A DNA stretch of 64,000 bases from Nemertoderma westbladi (GCA_032718475.1 JAUCBJ010003333.1:66943-130942), one strand, 5' to 3'. Numbered from the stretch's first letter, positions 35,309 to 47,339 are shown. Program-made: numbers and translations. Notes: generated by a model from the sequence alone, not told the origin.

Positions 35309-35911
35309 ATGGATAATATTATTTTTGTTGATTTTCAATATTATAAGATAGACAATAAAGAGTATCCGGTAGTATTTAAAGAATTTGCTATATTTGATTC
35401 TAATTACACCAAAACTAATGTAAAGACGTATTTAATTAAAGGCCCACCTAATATTAAGTTATCAGCTTTAGATGTAGCTCACATAAACAATTTACGAGAC
35501 ATGACTTCTCATTTGCCCTGGGACTACGGTGACATTTCGCAAGATGAGTTTAAAAAATATATGAAGAGACATTTAAAATATAAAAAAAATATATATGTAT
35601 TTGGGTTGCTGAAGCGGGCAATATTAGTTTCCCAACTCGATGTTCTCGCGCCAAATTCGGTGGAGAAATTGGGAATATATAAGCAATATCATGATTATTT
35701 AACCCCCTGTCGCTTTCACGATCAATTTATTGCACTGGAAAATAAATGTGCGTTCCACTTAAACACAAAGGATAATTGTCTGCGGTATTGCTCAGCAAAA
35801 TGCGTTGGGGGGTATGAGATGCTACACTTTTTCATGAGAAAGCGTTTAACTGCGACTGATGATGATAAACAGAAAGAAATAACTGCGGTGGAAGATGTAC
35901 TCATACTGTAG
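35309..35911 (+). CDS. Maverick accessory protein, possible DnaQ/DEDD-fold nuclease with Cys/His tail
   Basis: FVDFQ..VFKEFAI..HLPWDYGD..IYVFG..KR; CAFH..CLRYCSAKC. Confidence 0.5.
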   Translation: MDNIIFVDFQYYKIDNKEYPVVFKEFAIFDSNYTKTNVKTYLIKGPPNIKLSALDVAHINNLRDMTSHLPWDYGDISQDEFKKYMKRHLKYKKNIYVFGLLKRAILVSQLDVLAPNSVEKLGIYKQYHDYLTPCRFHDQFIALENKCAFHLNTKDNCLRYCSAKCVGGYEMLHFFMRKRLTATDDDKQKEITAVEDVLIL

Positions 35912-36489
35912 GTTTAACTGAGGTGGAAGATGTACTCTTACAGTAGGTTTACTCTAAGCTTGTAATGTGATGGGATAATATATTTGTTTTAATGTCAATA
36001 AAAAATAATAAAAACATTAAAATCTTTTTTTATATCACTGTTTACACTCACAAACACAACACACCTACCGGTAGCCGACTGTTGTATCAGAGTTTAACTA
36101 CCAGTAGCTAGCTGACTTTACACATACAGACATATAGAATGGCAGAATGGTGCCCTTCTAGACTGACAGCAACCACAAGGCTTTAGCACAAGGCTTACTA
36201 AATTAACTCAACATGGAGGGTTCGTGAATGCTGCATTAGAGAGGCCCTCCTAACAATAGGCCTACTGGTACCGAGGGCCCTGTAGCCCAGTACTTGAGGA
36301 TAGAGCAAGGGCATACCGCTTTCTTTGATTTAAGGATTACACTATTACACTTGAATGCTTCCAATTTTCTGTTTACAACTTTAATTGGTCTAATCTACAT
36401 TACTGCGGGCGGGCTACTACTGTCGCATAGGTAAGCCTATACAGCTATAGTTAACTTTATGCGGGGCCCTTTTTCGAATGTTGACCCAA

Positions 36490-36865
36490 TATGGTTTATG
36501 GTTAACCTTTAGTACTCGCGGATAGGTAAGGTACACTTTCATTCGGTTAGGCATATAGGCCTAATGACTTACTCCTCAACTGAAAGTTGACTAGCTCATT
36601 GATACAATAGGTGTGGTTAGGTACCGGTAGCGCTATAGGTCCTATAAAATCCCCTCGCACTCTCTGTTACTAACTTTCTACATTCACTCTATGTTGTATG
36701 CTTCTTTACAGTTAACCTTTAGAACTCTTGGTTAGGGGCGCCATCATTCAACCAGTCATATAATGGCTCCACTCGGATACAATAGGTGTGGCTCGCGGTA
36801 TACCTAACTAAGCCTATATAAAATCCACCCCATTCTCTGTTACTAACATTCACTCTATGTTGACG
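36490..36865. repeat. Diverged ~200-bp direct repeats with TATA-like boxes in the Maverick convergent intergenic region
   Basis: GTTAACCTTTAG, GATACAATAGGTGTGG, TATAAAATCC, TCTCTGTTACTAAC and CATTCACTCTATGTTG each occur twice. Confidence 0.7.
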
Positions 36866-37021
36866 GAGGGACTATATAAAACATAGTTAATTTATTTATG
36901 TATTCGCTTTTTTTTTTAAATTATATATAAAATAGATTCAGGCTACTAAGTTTTATAAGCAACAATAACTGATAACAATAACAACAACAACAACACTAAA
37001 TTTATTACTGTATTATACTTT

Positions 37022-37426
37022 TTATAGTCCTATATGTGGGTCCCTCTGTAGAGTTTCCTCCATTGCTGGTACCTGTAAATGGTTGTTTATAGGCCTAACT
37101 TCTACCGGTCTTTGTGATGGTATATTGAAGTGAAGCGTGTCATCAACATCATTCTCCCAATTTTCGCTAGAGGGTGAGCTTCCCGATATTTGCGGTTGTA
37201 TCTTTATAACAAGCGAGAAATCTTTTGAAATTTCAACCTTTGTAGGCGATAAAGGTAGACCTACTCCATATTCTACCGAAGTAAACCCAATCTCAAATTT
37301 TTTGTTTATATATCGCAACTCTATCTCAGCAATATTGGATGCTGCGAGATATGTTTCGTCGCTTGATTGCAATTCGATTTTGATACAACTTTTCAACTCA
37401 CGGTTATTGAAAAAGGCGAATGTCAT
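37022..37426 (-). CDS. Maverick accessory protein of unknown function
   Basis: 134-aa ORF in the minus-strand gene block. Confidence 0.5.
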   Translation of the reverse strand: MTFAFFNNRELKSCIKIELQSSDETYLAASNIAEIELRYINKKFEIGFTSVEYGVGLPLSPTKVEISKDFSLVIKIQPQISGSSPSSENWENDVDDTLHFNIPSQRPVEVRPINNHLQVPAMEETLQRDPHIGL

Positions 37427-37539
37427 CTTCGAGTTGAGGTAAGTTGTCGTCGTCGTCGTAACTAGGTACCGGAAAGAATATCTTTAAATTGAATAGGTAG
37501 GCCTACTGATATTTTTTTTTCTTCTTTTGTTTAACAAAA

Positions 37540-37767
37540 TTATAGTTCACTGTCAGAAAAATTGAGTTTATATATATTTTTGTAGAGGGTCGCAGATGTG
37601 TACATTACAAAATTCTCATAGTTAACAAAATGCACAACATAAACCTTTCCCATGCGGATTAGCGATATATGCTCTGGTCGTTGTTCTATTCTGAATGTAG
37701 GGAGATGCATAGCCGATGTTTTAATGATATGTACCGGTATACAGACTAGTAACAGATAGGAGGGCAT
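37540..37767 (-). CDS. Small hypothetical protein
   Basis: 75-aa ORF only. Confidence 0.3.
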   Translation of the reverse strand: MPSYLLLVCIPVHIIKTSAMHLPTFRIEQRPEHISLIRMGKVYVVHFVNYENFVMYTSATLYKNIYKLNFSDSEL

Positions 37768-38116
37768 CGTCTTTGACTATGAATACCAGCACATAGCCCT
37801 AATCTTTTCTCACCGAGCTTAGCGTTGCCCACCGCACTCACGCACACTCATAAGTAACAGATGCGCTATTGTAACTCACTTGTGAGCAACAATGCCAAGT
37901 TAGCTAGCTAGCTAGCTACAGCCCCTGAGTATACTATGCCTACTTGAGTGTTACAAGCAGCAATCGCTCTACCGAAGTTAATTTCCCCTCAAACTAGTTG
38001 TTGATTTTAAAAAAAAATATTCATAATTTTTTTCCAACCAATTTAATATATATATATATTTTACAGTAAAAATCTCCACCACCAAACAGCAACAACAACA
38101 ATAAATTTCACTCACA

Positions 38117-38695
38117 CTAATTATATTTTACAACAAAAACCCTCGCACCAAACAATAATAAATTATTAACCAGTTTGTTGAATATAGGGTAATATATATG
38201 AAATTTAAACGGGGAACACATTAATGTACATTTACCGGTGTAGAAGCAGCAAACAACAACATTATTATTTATTCTGACTTTACAGTTATTGAATATTTCA
38301 GGTTCATATATAACTTGAAGTTGCACATTATCAAAGACAACATAAAACCCGGTATTGTTTATCAATAACCTATAGACTACAGACTTAATACTAAAAATAT
38401 AAGTACATAAATTAACAGATTTTAAAATCAAATTAATACTAGTTTTATCAAATATATGCTTTTTTACTTTTTGGAAATTATACTTACTGCCTAATAATGT
38501 AATACAACCATTTTTAAATATTAATAATGTAGCGCCAAATATCTTATATATAAACTGATTTGGTTTGAGTATGTGTTTACCAGATAATTGATTTTTTAAT
38601 TCTTTAAAATTAATCGCTAACACTTGCTGGCAACTTATATTTTTATTTACTATTTGATAATTCATCATCAATACCATCGTCTTTTGGTTCTTCAT
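38117..38695 (-). CDS. Divergent TATA-binding protein (TBP)-like protein
   Basis: Two pseudo-repeats: INFKEL..ATLLIFKNGCITLLGSK and YEPEIF..VVCCFYTGKCTLM, cf. TBP YEPELF and LIF.SGK...TG. Confidence 0.75.
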   Translation of the reverse strand: MKNQKTMVLMMNYQIVNKNISCQQVLAINFKELKNQLSGKHILKPNQFIYKIFGATLLIFKNGCITLLGSKYNFQKVKKHIFDKTSINLILKSVNLCTYIFSIKSVVYRLLINNTGFYVVFDNVQLQVIYEPEIFNNCKVRINNNVVVCCFYTGKCTLMCSPFKFHIYYPIFNKLVNNLLLFGARVFVVKYN

Positions 38696-41600
38696 AAATT
38701 GGTATATTTGATATTTTTATAGGTTTTTTGAGGTTTGTTTTATAGTGCCCCCAAGGAAGCGAATGATTTTTATTAACCCAATAAAGTTTATCGTCAAAGC
38801 TACTGAGTGCAAATTTATTTTGCTTTAAGGTATAAATACGATGTAATTTAGATTGAAATCTGTGTATGTTTTTTTTTATTTCTTCATTTGAGTTATATGC
38901 TTTTAAATATTCTTCATGTGTAATATTCGTTTCCACAACAGCTCTTGTAATACCTTTTGCTCTACGAATATTTTTATTATTCCATTCCAAAGTTGAATAT
39001 AATTTTGGTCTTAAAAATACTGCTTGTTTAATTTCACGTGAGGCTAGTTCGTCTTTACAGTAATAGAGTCTGGATTTATTTTTATCGCTGTAGAGGGGGT
39101 GATCCTTAGGGTAATTGGAAGTATCTAAAATATTATTTTTAATTAATGCTTTTAAAAAATTATTCTGCGATGTATTATAATAACAACCTATCAATGAGTC
39201 AGTGTCTGATGCAGCAATTTCAATACGACAGTTTAATTCTTTCTCAATAGGTAGCAATTTATTGTAATACAGCTCATACATATCCAATTTAGCCAAGTCC
39301 AACACAGCGCTACCAATAAATATAGGCTTATCGAGAGTTACAGAGTCTTTCACTAATAAATGTCCCGATAATGTATTATTGTATATTATAAATTGTTCAT
39401 GATTAATACGATTTACCAATTGATCGCATTTATCGTTGCTATTTGCGATACGAAAGTTACATCGGTCTCGTATCCTCTCTATTGATTTGCCAAACAGTGA
39501 ATTATTGAGCAATTTCGCGACAGCAGTTTCAATGTAACTTTTTGCTAGGCGCCTTTGATTAATATTAAAATCTATGTAATTTTTAAATACAAATTCTTGT
39601 TGAAAAGAATATAATTTATGTAGTTTAGTAACAATTAATCCATGTTTTATATAAAATTTTAACAGTTTCAAATGTAAATGATAAAACTCTTTATCAAATT
39701 GCGTCAGCAAGAGTTTTGGTGTAGACATCCTATATTTACGGGAGGTACCTCTTTGTATCGATAAATTATTAAATTGTTCCCGCATATAAGGCGAAAGCAT
39801 TGTTTCATTTATACTTAAATGCTCTGGGGCTAACGGTAATTGTAATGTTTGATCGTGAATAGCCTTGGGATAATTTAAATCATATATTAAAAAATATCCA
39901 GTAGATCCATCAATGTCTAAATCTACCAAGTACTCGATTAGTTTTTCTGGAATTGCATTCTCCAAATGTTTAATACTTACTTCTTTGAATTGCGAGGTGG
40001 GTAGTTTTTTACTTAAATTCCCAGAATATAAAGAGTTGAAATCAATATTAAAAATATGGCATTCTTCCTTAGTAGAATCATATGTACTTGTTCCAGGTAT
40101 ATTTGATTCTATATAATGCTTTCGATAAAATTATACACCACCCCTAATTGATTTTTCAAAATCTCTATATGTTTGATAATCCTTTATTAATTCTATTTTA
40201 CATTTATTATATTTTAGCGCGCAATCATAGGTAAATGACGCAATACTACAGTAAAAAACCACTTCTAAATCGTAATTTTGTTTACAAACATTCCTAAAAT
40301 TCTCAAATATATCAGCAAGCAAACAAACATCGAGTTTTAAATAGGCTAAAAGATAATCTTTGAGATTCACACAGTCGAATTCTACCCATGATAATCCTGC
40401 AAACCTATAATCTTCAATTGTGCATGTTTTTTGTGTTAAGTTACTAAAAAAATTATTTATAGACGGCAAACCAGTATCATTAAATTTATTAATATCTGTC
40501 AAGTACTCGTATGGAAATACTCCTTTCCGTTTAATTGTTGAGTTATTCAAGTTTGGATAAAAATATTTCATTTCTTGTAGAGTAATAGGTAAAATTGAGC
40601 TTATATCATGACTCGCTACATCCTTTGTTGAACACTCAACTAAATTACTTAGGGAAAAGCTTAAAAATTGATATGTGTCTAAGAAACGTAACTCAATTTT
40701 TTTAGAAGTGTTTTTAATTGGGATAAACGCACTCAGTGAAATATATCGTTCTGTATTTCTCGGTATAACCTTTATATCCCAATCGGTGTATTTCTTATCT
40801 CTAAATCCGGTTTGTAATATACAATGTATATCGTAATTACTGGAATTGTGCCCGCAAAGTACATACAGGTATCGTTTCAATGATAAACTTCGGTTACAAC
40901 TATTACAGGCTGCTGCAATATATTTACCTGTAATATGTGAATGATGTCTGTTTTTCCCAACATTATTATTTAAAGTAACATTACAATAGAAACAAAATTT
41001 TGCCTGTTCAAAATTTACAAAATCAATATTAGTAAATGACATAGTTTTATGAGTGTATATGTCTGACCAACAACATAATTCAGTTAAATCAAAATATAAT
41101 GAATCTAAGAAATCTTGAATACAATTATTATTATTATTTGACTTTACGAATGTTTTCAAATGACATTTTGGGGGGGTTAATTAATTCAGTATTGGGAACA
41201 ATTAAATAACTCGCAGCACACGGTATATGCTCCTGTATAAATTGATTATTAACTGAAGGTTGTAAGATACATTCTATATCGAAGTAGGTGACAAACAATG
41301 GGGATAAGGTTCTATCTAAATTTGTAAAACTAATGTGTGTTCTTTTTTTATTAGGCAGTTTCTCTCGTTGACTTCTTCCTTGGTAGCATGCAAGACGGTG
41401 TCGTTGGAGAACTTCCGATTGAAAAAAATGAGCCAAACACCTTTCACAATATTTCCTATTCCCGATATGAAGAGCTCTCGTATTCAGCAATCGATTCAAG
41501 TTAGTTATGCAAACATAATGATTCAGTTTAGGTACATTGTTATTTTTTACTACAAGTAATATATTTAATAACTCTTTATCGGGTGTAATTTTACTAAACG

Positions 41601-42705
41601 GTGGTTGTCTTAATATAGATACGGGGGCGCGTTTGTTGTCGTTATTCCAACATAGTAAATTAATTATATATTTTGAATTTTGTTTTTCAAAAAGTTTAAT
41701 CGCTAACAGCCACTCTGTTGGATAATCTTTGTTCCCGTTGTCAAAAATGAAATGACTCATATAATTTTTGTACGATGAAGTACGGTTTTTGTGATCTTTC
41801 ACTTTGCTACTAAATTTTGCGGCTATAATAGCCCATTTGAAACAGTCATTATCTACCGTTTGAATATTTATTGTACATTTTTTAGCTGATAGAGCCTTAG
41901 GTAATTCCATATATCCATGCCCCTTATATAGTAACGACCTACACTTAGATTCAGCTAATTTAATTTCAACCCTTAATAAAGATTTAATACGCCATCCCGA
42001 ACCACGTGTGTTAAAGATGGCTATTTTTTGTAATATATTTTCCACAACATACTCAAACCATGTGTCAAAACTTTGCGGCGAATCTACAGTATTAATAGCA
42101 CCACCGGAAGAATTAAAATAAAAGGTTTCCAATTGCTCGCCTTCTGAAAAATGTGATCTGTACATTAATACTTTTAGACCTAACCACAGTCTAAGAACAT
42201 TCATTTCTTTCAATCTATCTAATATTAACTGAAGAATATTACCTCGAATTTGTGCTAATGCTGTTTCTACATCGGGATAATCTCTAGAAGTTGGGAGGTC
42301 GTGGACATAAATTTCAAGACGATTATCGTGAGCTTCTTGTTCCCGCGTAAAAATTGTTGCGCATGTACCAAGAGCCACCCTTAAGTTTTTTCTGGATATT
42401 ATATTTTTATGTTGCGGAAATTTACGCTTTCTTGTGTAGTAACATTTCAAGTGACAGTTGTGTCGTATATAATTCTCATATGTATACTCTTTATTACAGG
42501 TAGAACAAGTCAATTGATAGGTGCGGAACTCCATTTCTTTACAACCAGTAGTCGATTCATGTCGTTTACAAATTTCGCTGCATGAAGTCACAACATGACA
42601 CTTAAAACAATAATAACTTTCAAAATGTGACCGTAGGTGGCGTAAGTAATTATGTCTAGTTACATTCATATGACAGAATGAACAACATATTGTTATTTTA
42701 TCCAT
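38643..42705 (-). pseudogene. Protein-primed family B DNA polymerase with N-terminal Zn fingers, OTU-like region and HNH/EndoVII insert; frameshift near 41170 and TAA at 40131
   Basis: NDCFKWAI; Exo YFDIEC, HNSSNYDIH, RKGVFPYEY, YLKLDV; HHSHITGKY..ACNSCN; DFNSLY, KLLNNSLFGK, SDTDSL, RPKLY, AKGI. Confidence 0.95.
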
Positions 42706-42911
42706 GTTGAAGTTTGTTAGTTTGTTTAGATAAATAATAATAATAATAATAAAATATGTCCAAAGATTAAAATGAAATGAAATGAAATGAAATGTTATTG
42801 ACTATATCTAAACATTTATATGCTAGTGAGGGAAATAATTTTAAACCAATCACCAATCACCAATCGCTTATGACTATTAGAAACCACAAAGAGTTTAACT
42901 TATGATTAGGT

Positions 42912-43977
42912 TTACATATTAGGATAATAATCAGGTTTCCATGGAGAATTAGTAACAGGCTCTACTAGAGCTGGGTTACTGACAACTTTCTGTTTCTTTG
43001 CAGGTGATGTGTTGGTAAATTTACTCGATGATCTTGGCTTCCGAGGTAATATTTCAGGAAAGACCTGTTGCGGTTGAGAGCAACTCTCTTCAACATCCAG
43101 ATTAGGTGATGGGATCTCTACGAAAGCTTTAGGTTTATCCAAAAGGACAAAACCGTCAACATTGGCTTCAATAAGAGAAACGCCATCCATAGCCTCTTTG
43201 AGAAAACTAATATGGGCTTTATCATTCAAGTAATGCAACTCGATAGAATTTCCGCCGGCCCCTACTTCAGTAGAATTATCAGTGTTGGTGATAATAATTT
43301 TTTTATTATTGGTTTTAATCATTTTGAGACGGTCTGATAATTGAATGATATTTTTATCAAAAAGATGCTTGTCTGTTTCATCGACTTGGTTGTCCCACTC
43401 TCGCAACAAAACAGTTAGTTCCTGTTTTGACAAATTGAAACCTGTATAAATAGTTAAAACCAACACTATCAGCGTATCTGAGGCTGATTTTCCATAAGCC
43501 AACATAGTTGGTTCCTTTAAAAGCTGTTACAAATCCAATAAACTCTGGATTTGATAATTCAATGTAGAATTGATCGCTAATAATCTCTAGCGGTGGAGAG
43601 AGAAATTGCAATAATTTCCCTCTGTATTGAATTAGAACTTCAGTAAAAGCTTTGTTGAGAACTTTACATTTGCCTTGTTTCTGAACGTAAACATCACCCG
43701 ATGTGGGGTTGATGGAAATATTCAAATTTCCCCGCGCAAAACGAAGAGTGGGATATATCCTACCTGGTATAATTGCTGGTCTGGATTGATGTTGGTTGTT
43801 GTTGGTTGTTTCTAGAATGTCTAACAAATAGCGGGTATCTTGATGGGAAAAACAAATTGATTCGTTGTCCTCCTGAGATTCCACAATAAAATACTTGCTG
43901 TGAACGACGGTACAAGTATATTTATTGTAAGTAAATTTCCAGCTATTTGTTGCTCCGGTTTTTTGCGTTAAGGCCAT
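42912..43977 (-). pseudogene. Frameshifted ~350-aa protein with a PC4/Sub1-like segment
   Basis: ORFs 43378-43977 and 42912-43505 overlap; joined FVTAFKGTNYVGLWK...TGFNLSKQELTVL resembles PC4 VSV..FKG...IDIR...KGISL...QW..L. Confidence 0.5.
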
Positions 43978-44029
43978 AATAATAATAAATACGAAAAATA
44001 TTACAAGTGATAAATTTTAAACCGTATCG

Positions 44030-44332
44030 CTGTAATAAATTGACACCATAGTTCTCACTCTAAAATTGTGTTTGGTCGGAAGACGACGCCTGATAAAAAT
44101 GATGCTGAGTTCGACATTAGGTATCGACTCAAAAACAAAAATCGTGTGAGACACGTAGCTCAGATTTTCGTTTTTAGGTCGATACCCAATGCTGGAATCA
44201 GTATCATTTTATGTGGTGTCGTTTTCCGACCAACGAATATACAATGAGTAAGATAATGTATAAATTATTAAGGAAATAACACAATGTCTGAGTGAGAACA
44301 AAAAAAATTAGATATGGTATCAATATATTACC
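44030..44332. other. Long imperfect inverted repeat (fold-back)
   Basis: 44072-44142 pairs with 44162-44233; outer arms 44032-44060 pair with 44290-44331. Confidence 0.8.
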
Positions 44333-44650
44333 ATGAAGATTACAAGTGATGAATTTTAGTAAAAACATTCAGTTATATATAAATTTGTGATGGGGCATAG
44401 TCAACGAAGAAGAGATGGGACGTGTCATAATCATCGACGAATAAGAAAAGAGATGGGGTGCAACGTGGTTGAATGGTTGGTTGGTTACGTGGACAGGAAA
44501 TATGTGAAAGAATATGAATCATAGGGTTGTGTGTAATAATAATCAATAATTATTATAAAAACGCACAGTATAATGTTAGTAGTAGTAGCCTTTCAATATG
44601 GCACAGATGCTGCGGGATCGGTTAGCTTGAGTAACTACTTGGAAATGTTC

Positions 44651-45261
44651 GTATACGTGTAGCTGGAACGTGGCGGAATTTCATGCACATGTATCATACT
44701 GAGTGGTTGGTTTGTTGGTTTGGCGACAGCAGTTGAGTAGCTCTATCAACGGAGGGATGTAAATCGTTGAGTTGGCAATCGATATAATATACTGTAATAT
44801 AACGACTTGGTATATGCATCGTGTAGATGGCCACGTTATCGTTTTAGTCACCATATACAGTATGTGGAGGTGGTAGCGTGGCGAAAAGGGGAATAATCTG
44901 AGGGTGTATCGCTGTTGGTTGGTTGATCGAATAGCGATGGGTTGGGGGGGCTAGCCATGCGTCGAGAAGTTAGGCTACGCGAAGATGAATATGCAATGGA
45001 TGGTTGTTGCAGCAATGATACGAATCAATACCGAAGGGTGGTAACAGATGCTGTTGAATAAGGTGGGCAACGCGAGGTTAGGCTACGCGTAGGTGAATAC
45101 GCTACGATTGGTTGATGGTAACTACCTCGATGGTGACAGATGTGGCCAATTAAACGCCGTAATTTAGCATCGGAATTTGGCATTTTTAATAGTCCTCCGA
45201 GATGTAGCCCATAGCCCAAGCTAGGGAGGAGTTCGTTGGGGTCACCTCTTCTCCTACTACT
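44651..45261 (-). repeat. Maverick right TIR
   Basis: Inverted match to 26523-27097. Confidence 0.95.
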
Positions 45262-45744
45262 AACATGGACTGGCAGAAATGAGTGTGGGCTCTATGTACT
45301 AATACAGTAATGCGATATTTGTGTAAGTATTTGGGGAGTATCAAGAGAGGTGGGAGAGGCTGATTTTCCTCTATTGCTGCTGGCTTTTCTATTCCTCCGT
45401 TTCTATACCGACCACACCCCCCCCCCCCCCTTCTCTGTCTACCCCCATCCCTCCCCTAGCACCCGCACCCCTTGTTACAACATTAAACAATAATTCTAGG
45501 TATAAGTTCGTTTTATATTTTAAAAAAATCCATGTTTTCATTAATTTATACGCTCAATAATTCCGATATCTGAAGTATTTCATTAAAATATAAATATGAT
45601 GTCAACGCACCGAAGCCATTACATTACGTCATAACAAAGATACAGCTACCATAAAGTCAATCAAATTGTTTTAGAAAAAAATTGTGGATATTTTGATAAG
45701 CACATTAAGACGTTTAGAAGTGTTCAACTTGGGTTTTAATATTA

Positions 45745-45925
45745 ATCGGGGGGCAAAAGTCTGGGACAATTATCCGGGGAGCAATTGTCCAGGGGCAATT
45801 GTCCGGGGGGTAATAATTGTCCAGGGTAATTGTGCGCGGGGGGCAATTGTCCAGGGGGCAATTTTCCAGGGGGCAATTGTCTGCGGGCAATTTCCGGGGT
45901 GTAATTTCATGGGGTCAATTGTCCT
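45745..45925. repeat. Short tandem repeat GGGGCAATTGTCCA (~15 bp), likely a DNA-transposon subterminal array
   Basis: ~10 degenerate copies. Confidence 0.75.
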
Positions 45926-47339
45926 AGTTCCGTTAGTGTCACACCTCCCCCTGATCTACGGGCTTACAGCGGGCAAGGGCGTCAAGCAAAGTCTTACCTC
46001 CTCTGGCATGGGCGCTCTCAGGCTGTCGAGTCATGTTTCAAATGGGCGTGGGCAAATGGTGCGGGTTCCCTTATGCGATGTGGGCATTCACCCCCCTTGC
46101 GTTGCTGTGGCCTAAAGATTTAGGCAGCCATCCTCTAACGTCGGCTGTTCAAGATAGATACGCTAAAAAAAGCTATATGTTCTGAGTTTGCAGTATATTT
46201 TAACGTTTAAACTAAACTTGACATAAAAGCAATTAGATAACAAATAGTTAGGAATGACAAGTTTAACTAAAGTATGTTAGTTAGGTAGTGATAACCGAAG
46301 GGCAAACGGCACCTTATATAGGAAATTCTAAGCATGGAATCGCACTGGAACATTCTACCACATTCCATGGGCTCACATTGGACCAATAAATTATTAAGCA
46401 CCTTATGATTGGCCCAACTAATCAGTTCATGTATTGTACGCACTCCATTATTGGCTTATCTAATCTTAACGAAACAGAAATAAAGATGCACAAAAAATGT
46501 AAATCTACCGACCTAAATTCGAACTCTCGACCTATAACATATACGACCTGCACGCTAACCTACCGGGCCACTGGACCAGGTAGTAAACTTGTATGAAACC
46601 AAAATGTACTAAATATGGGTAATATATGAATTTATAACGAAACTGTGAAAGCAAGGCAAAATACATCGGATTTTAAAAGTTTTTACGTAGTATTAAAATA
46701 CAAATAGCTACCTAATAGTGAAATATTTCCACAGCTAAAGCTGCGACCCTTTAGACATTATGGCACAATAAATGACATCTGAAATAAATTCGCCAACCTG
46801 CTAAATCCCAACCCGCGAAAATCTGGTATGTCTGAATTTTTGACGCCATGAATGAGTCACATAATATTAAAATTGTAGAAATTGAGTTGAGAATCTAAAC
46901 AACCTATAAAGGATATATCTTCTCATTACAGATGCTGTTTTACCGAAAAGGTTAAAAATATATAATTCTATGGTAACCACCGTGACAATTATTTCGTATA
47001 ATTTATCTTCGTATAAATGAAACTAAATAAACCATTTAATTTTCAGATTAAACTTTAATCAAATATATCACTTACATTTACAAACAAACATGAACAAAAT
47101 ATAATATTAAATTATTGTAAATCAACTGAGATCCAACAGCGCTGAACCAAAAACCGAATTGTTATTTATAGTTATACCACAATATTATTTATTGGTTTCT
47201 GAAACGAACCCATTTTTGGAACAATATTATTAATTTTTATTCCGACTGAAAATTAGTTACTTAATTCACCAGGTAAATCGACGTTACTCAATAACTGGCA
47301 ATTCTAAGAATAACAATTGACGAAAAAACGAAGTATTGG

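Larger units (their letters stand above)
26523..45261. mobile_element. Full-length Maverick/Polinton (endogenous polintovirus/adintovirus-like), 18,739 bp
   Basis: AGTAGTAG...CTACTACT termini; TSD AACATG at 26517-26522 and 45262-45267; long TIRs; complete core gene set. Confidence 0.97.

Noticed and set aside
45684-46115. 143-aa ORF with GAIVQ repeats
   Set aside because: Translation of a 15-bp tandem repeat; no coding evidence
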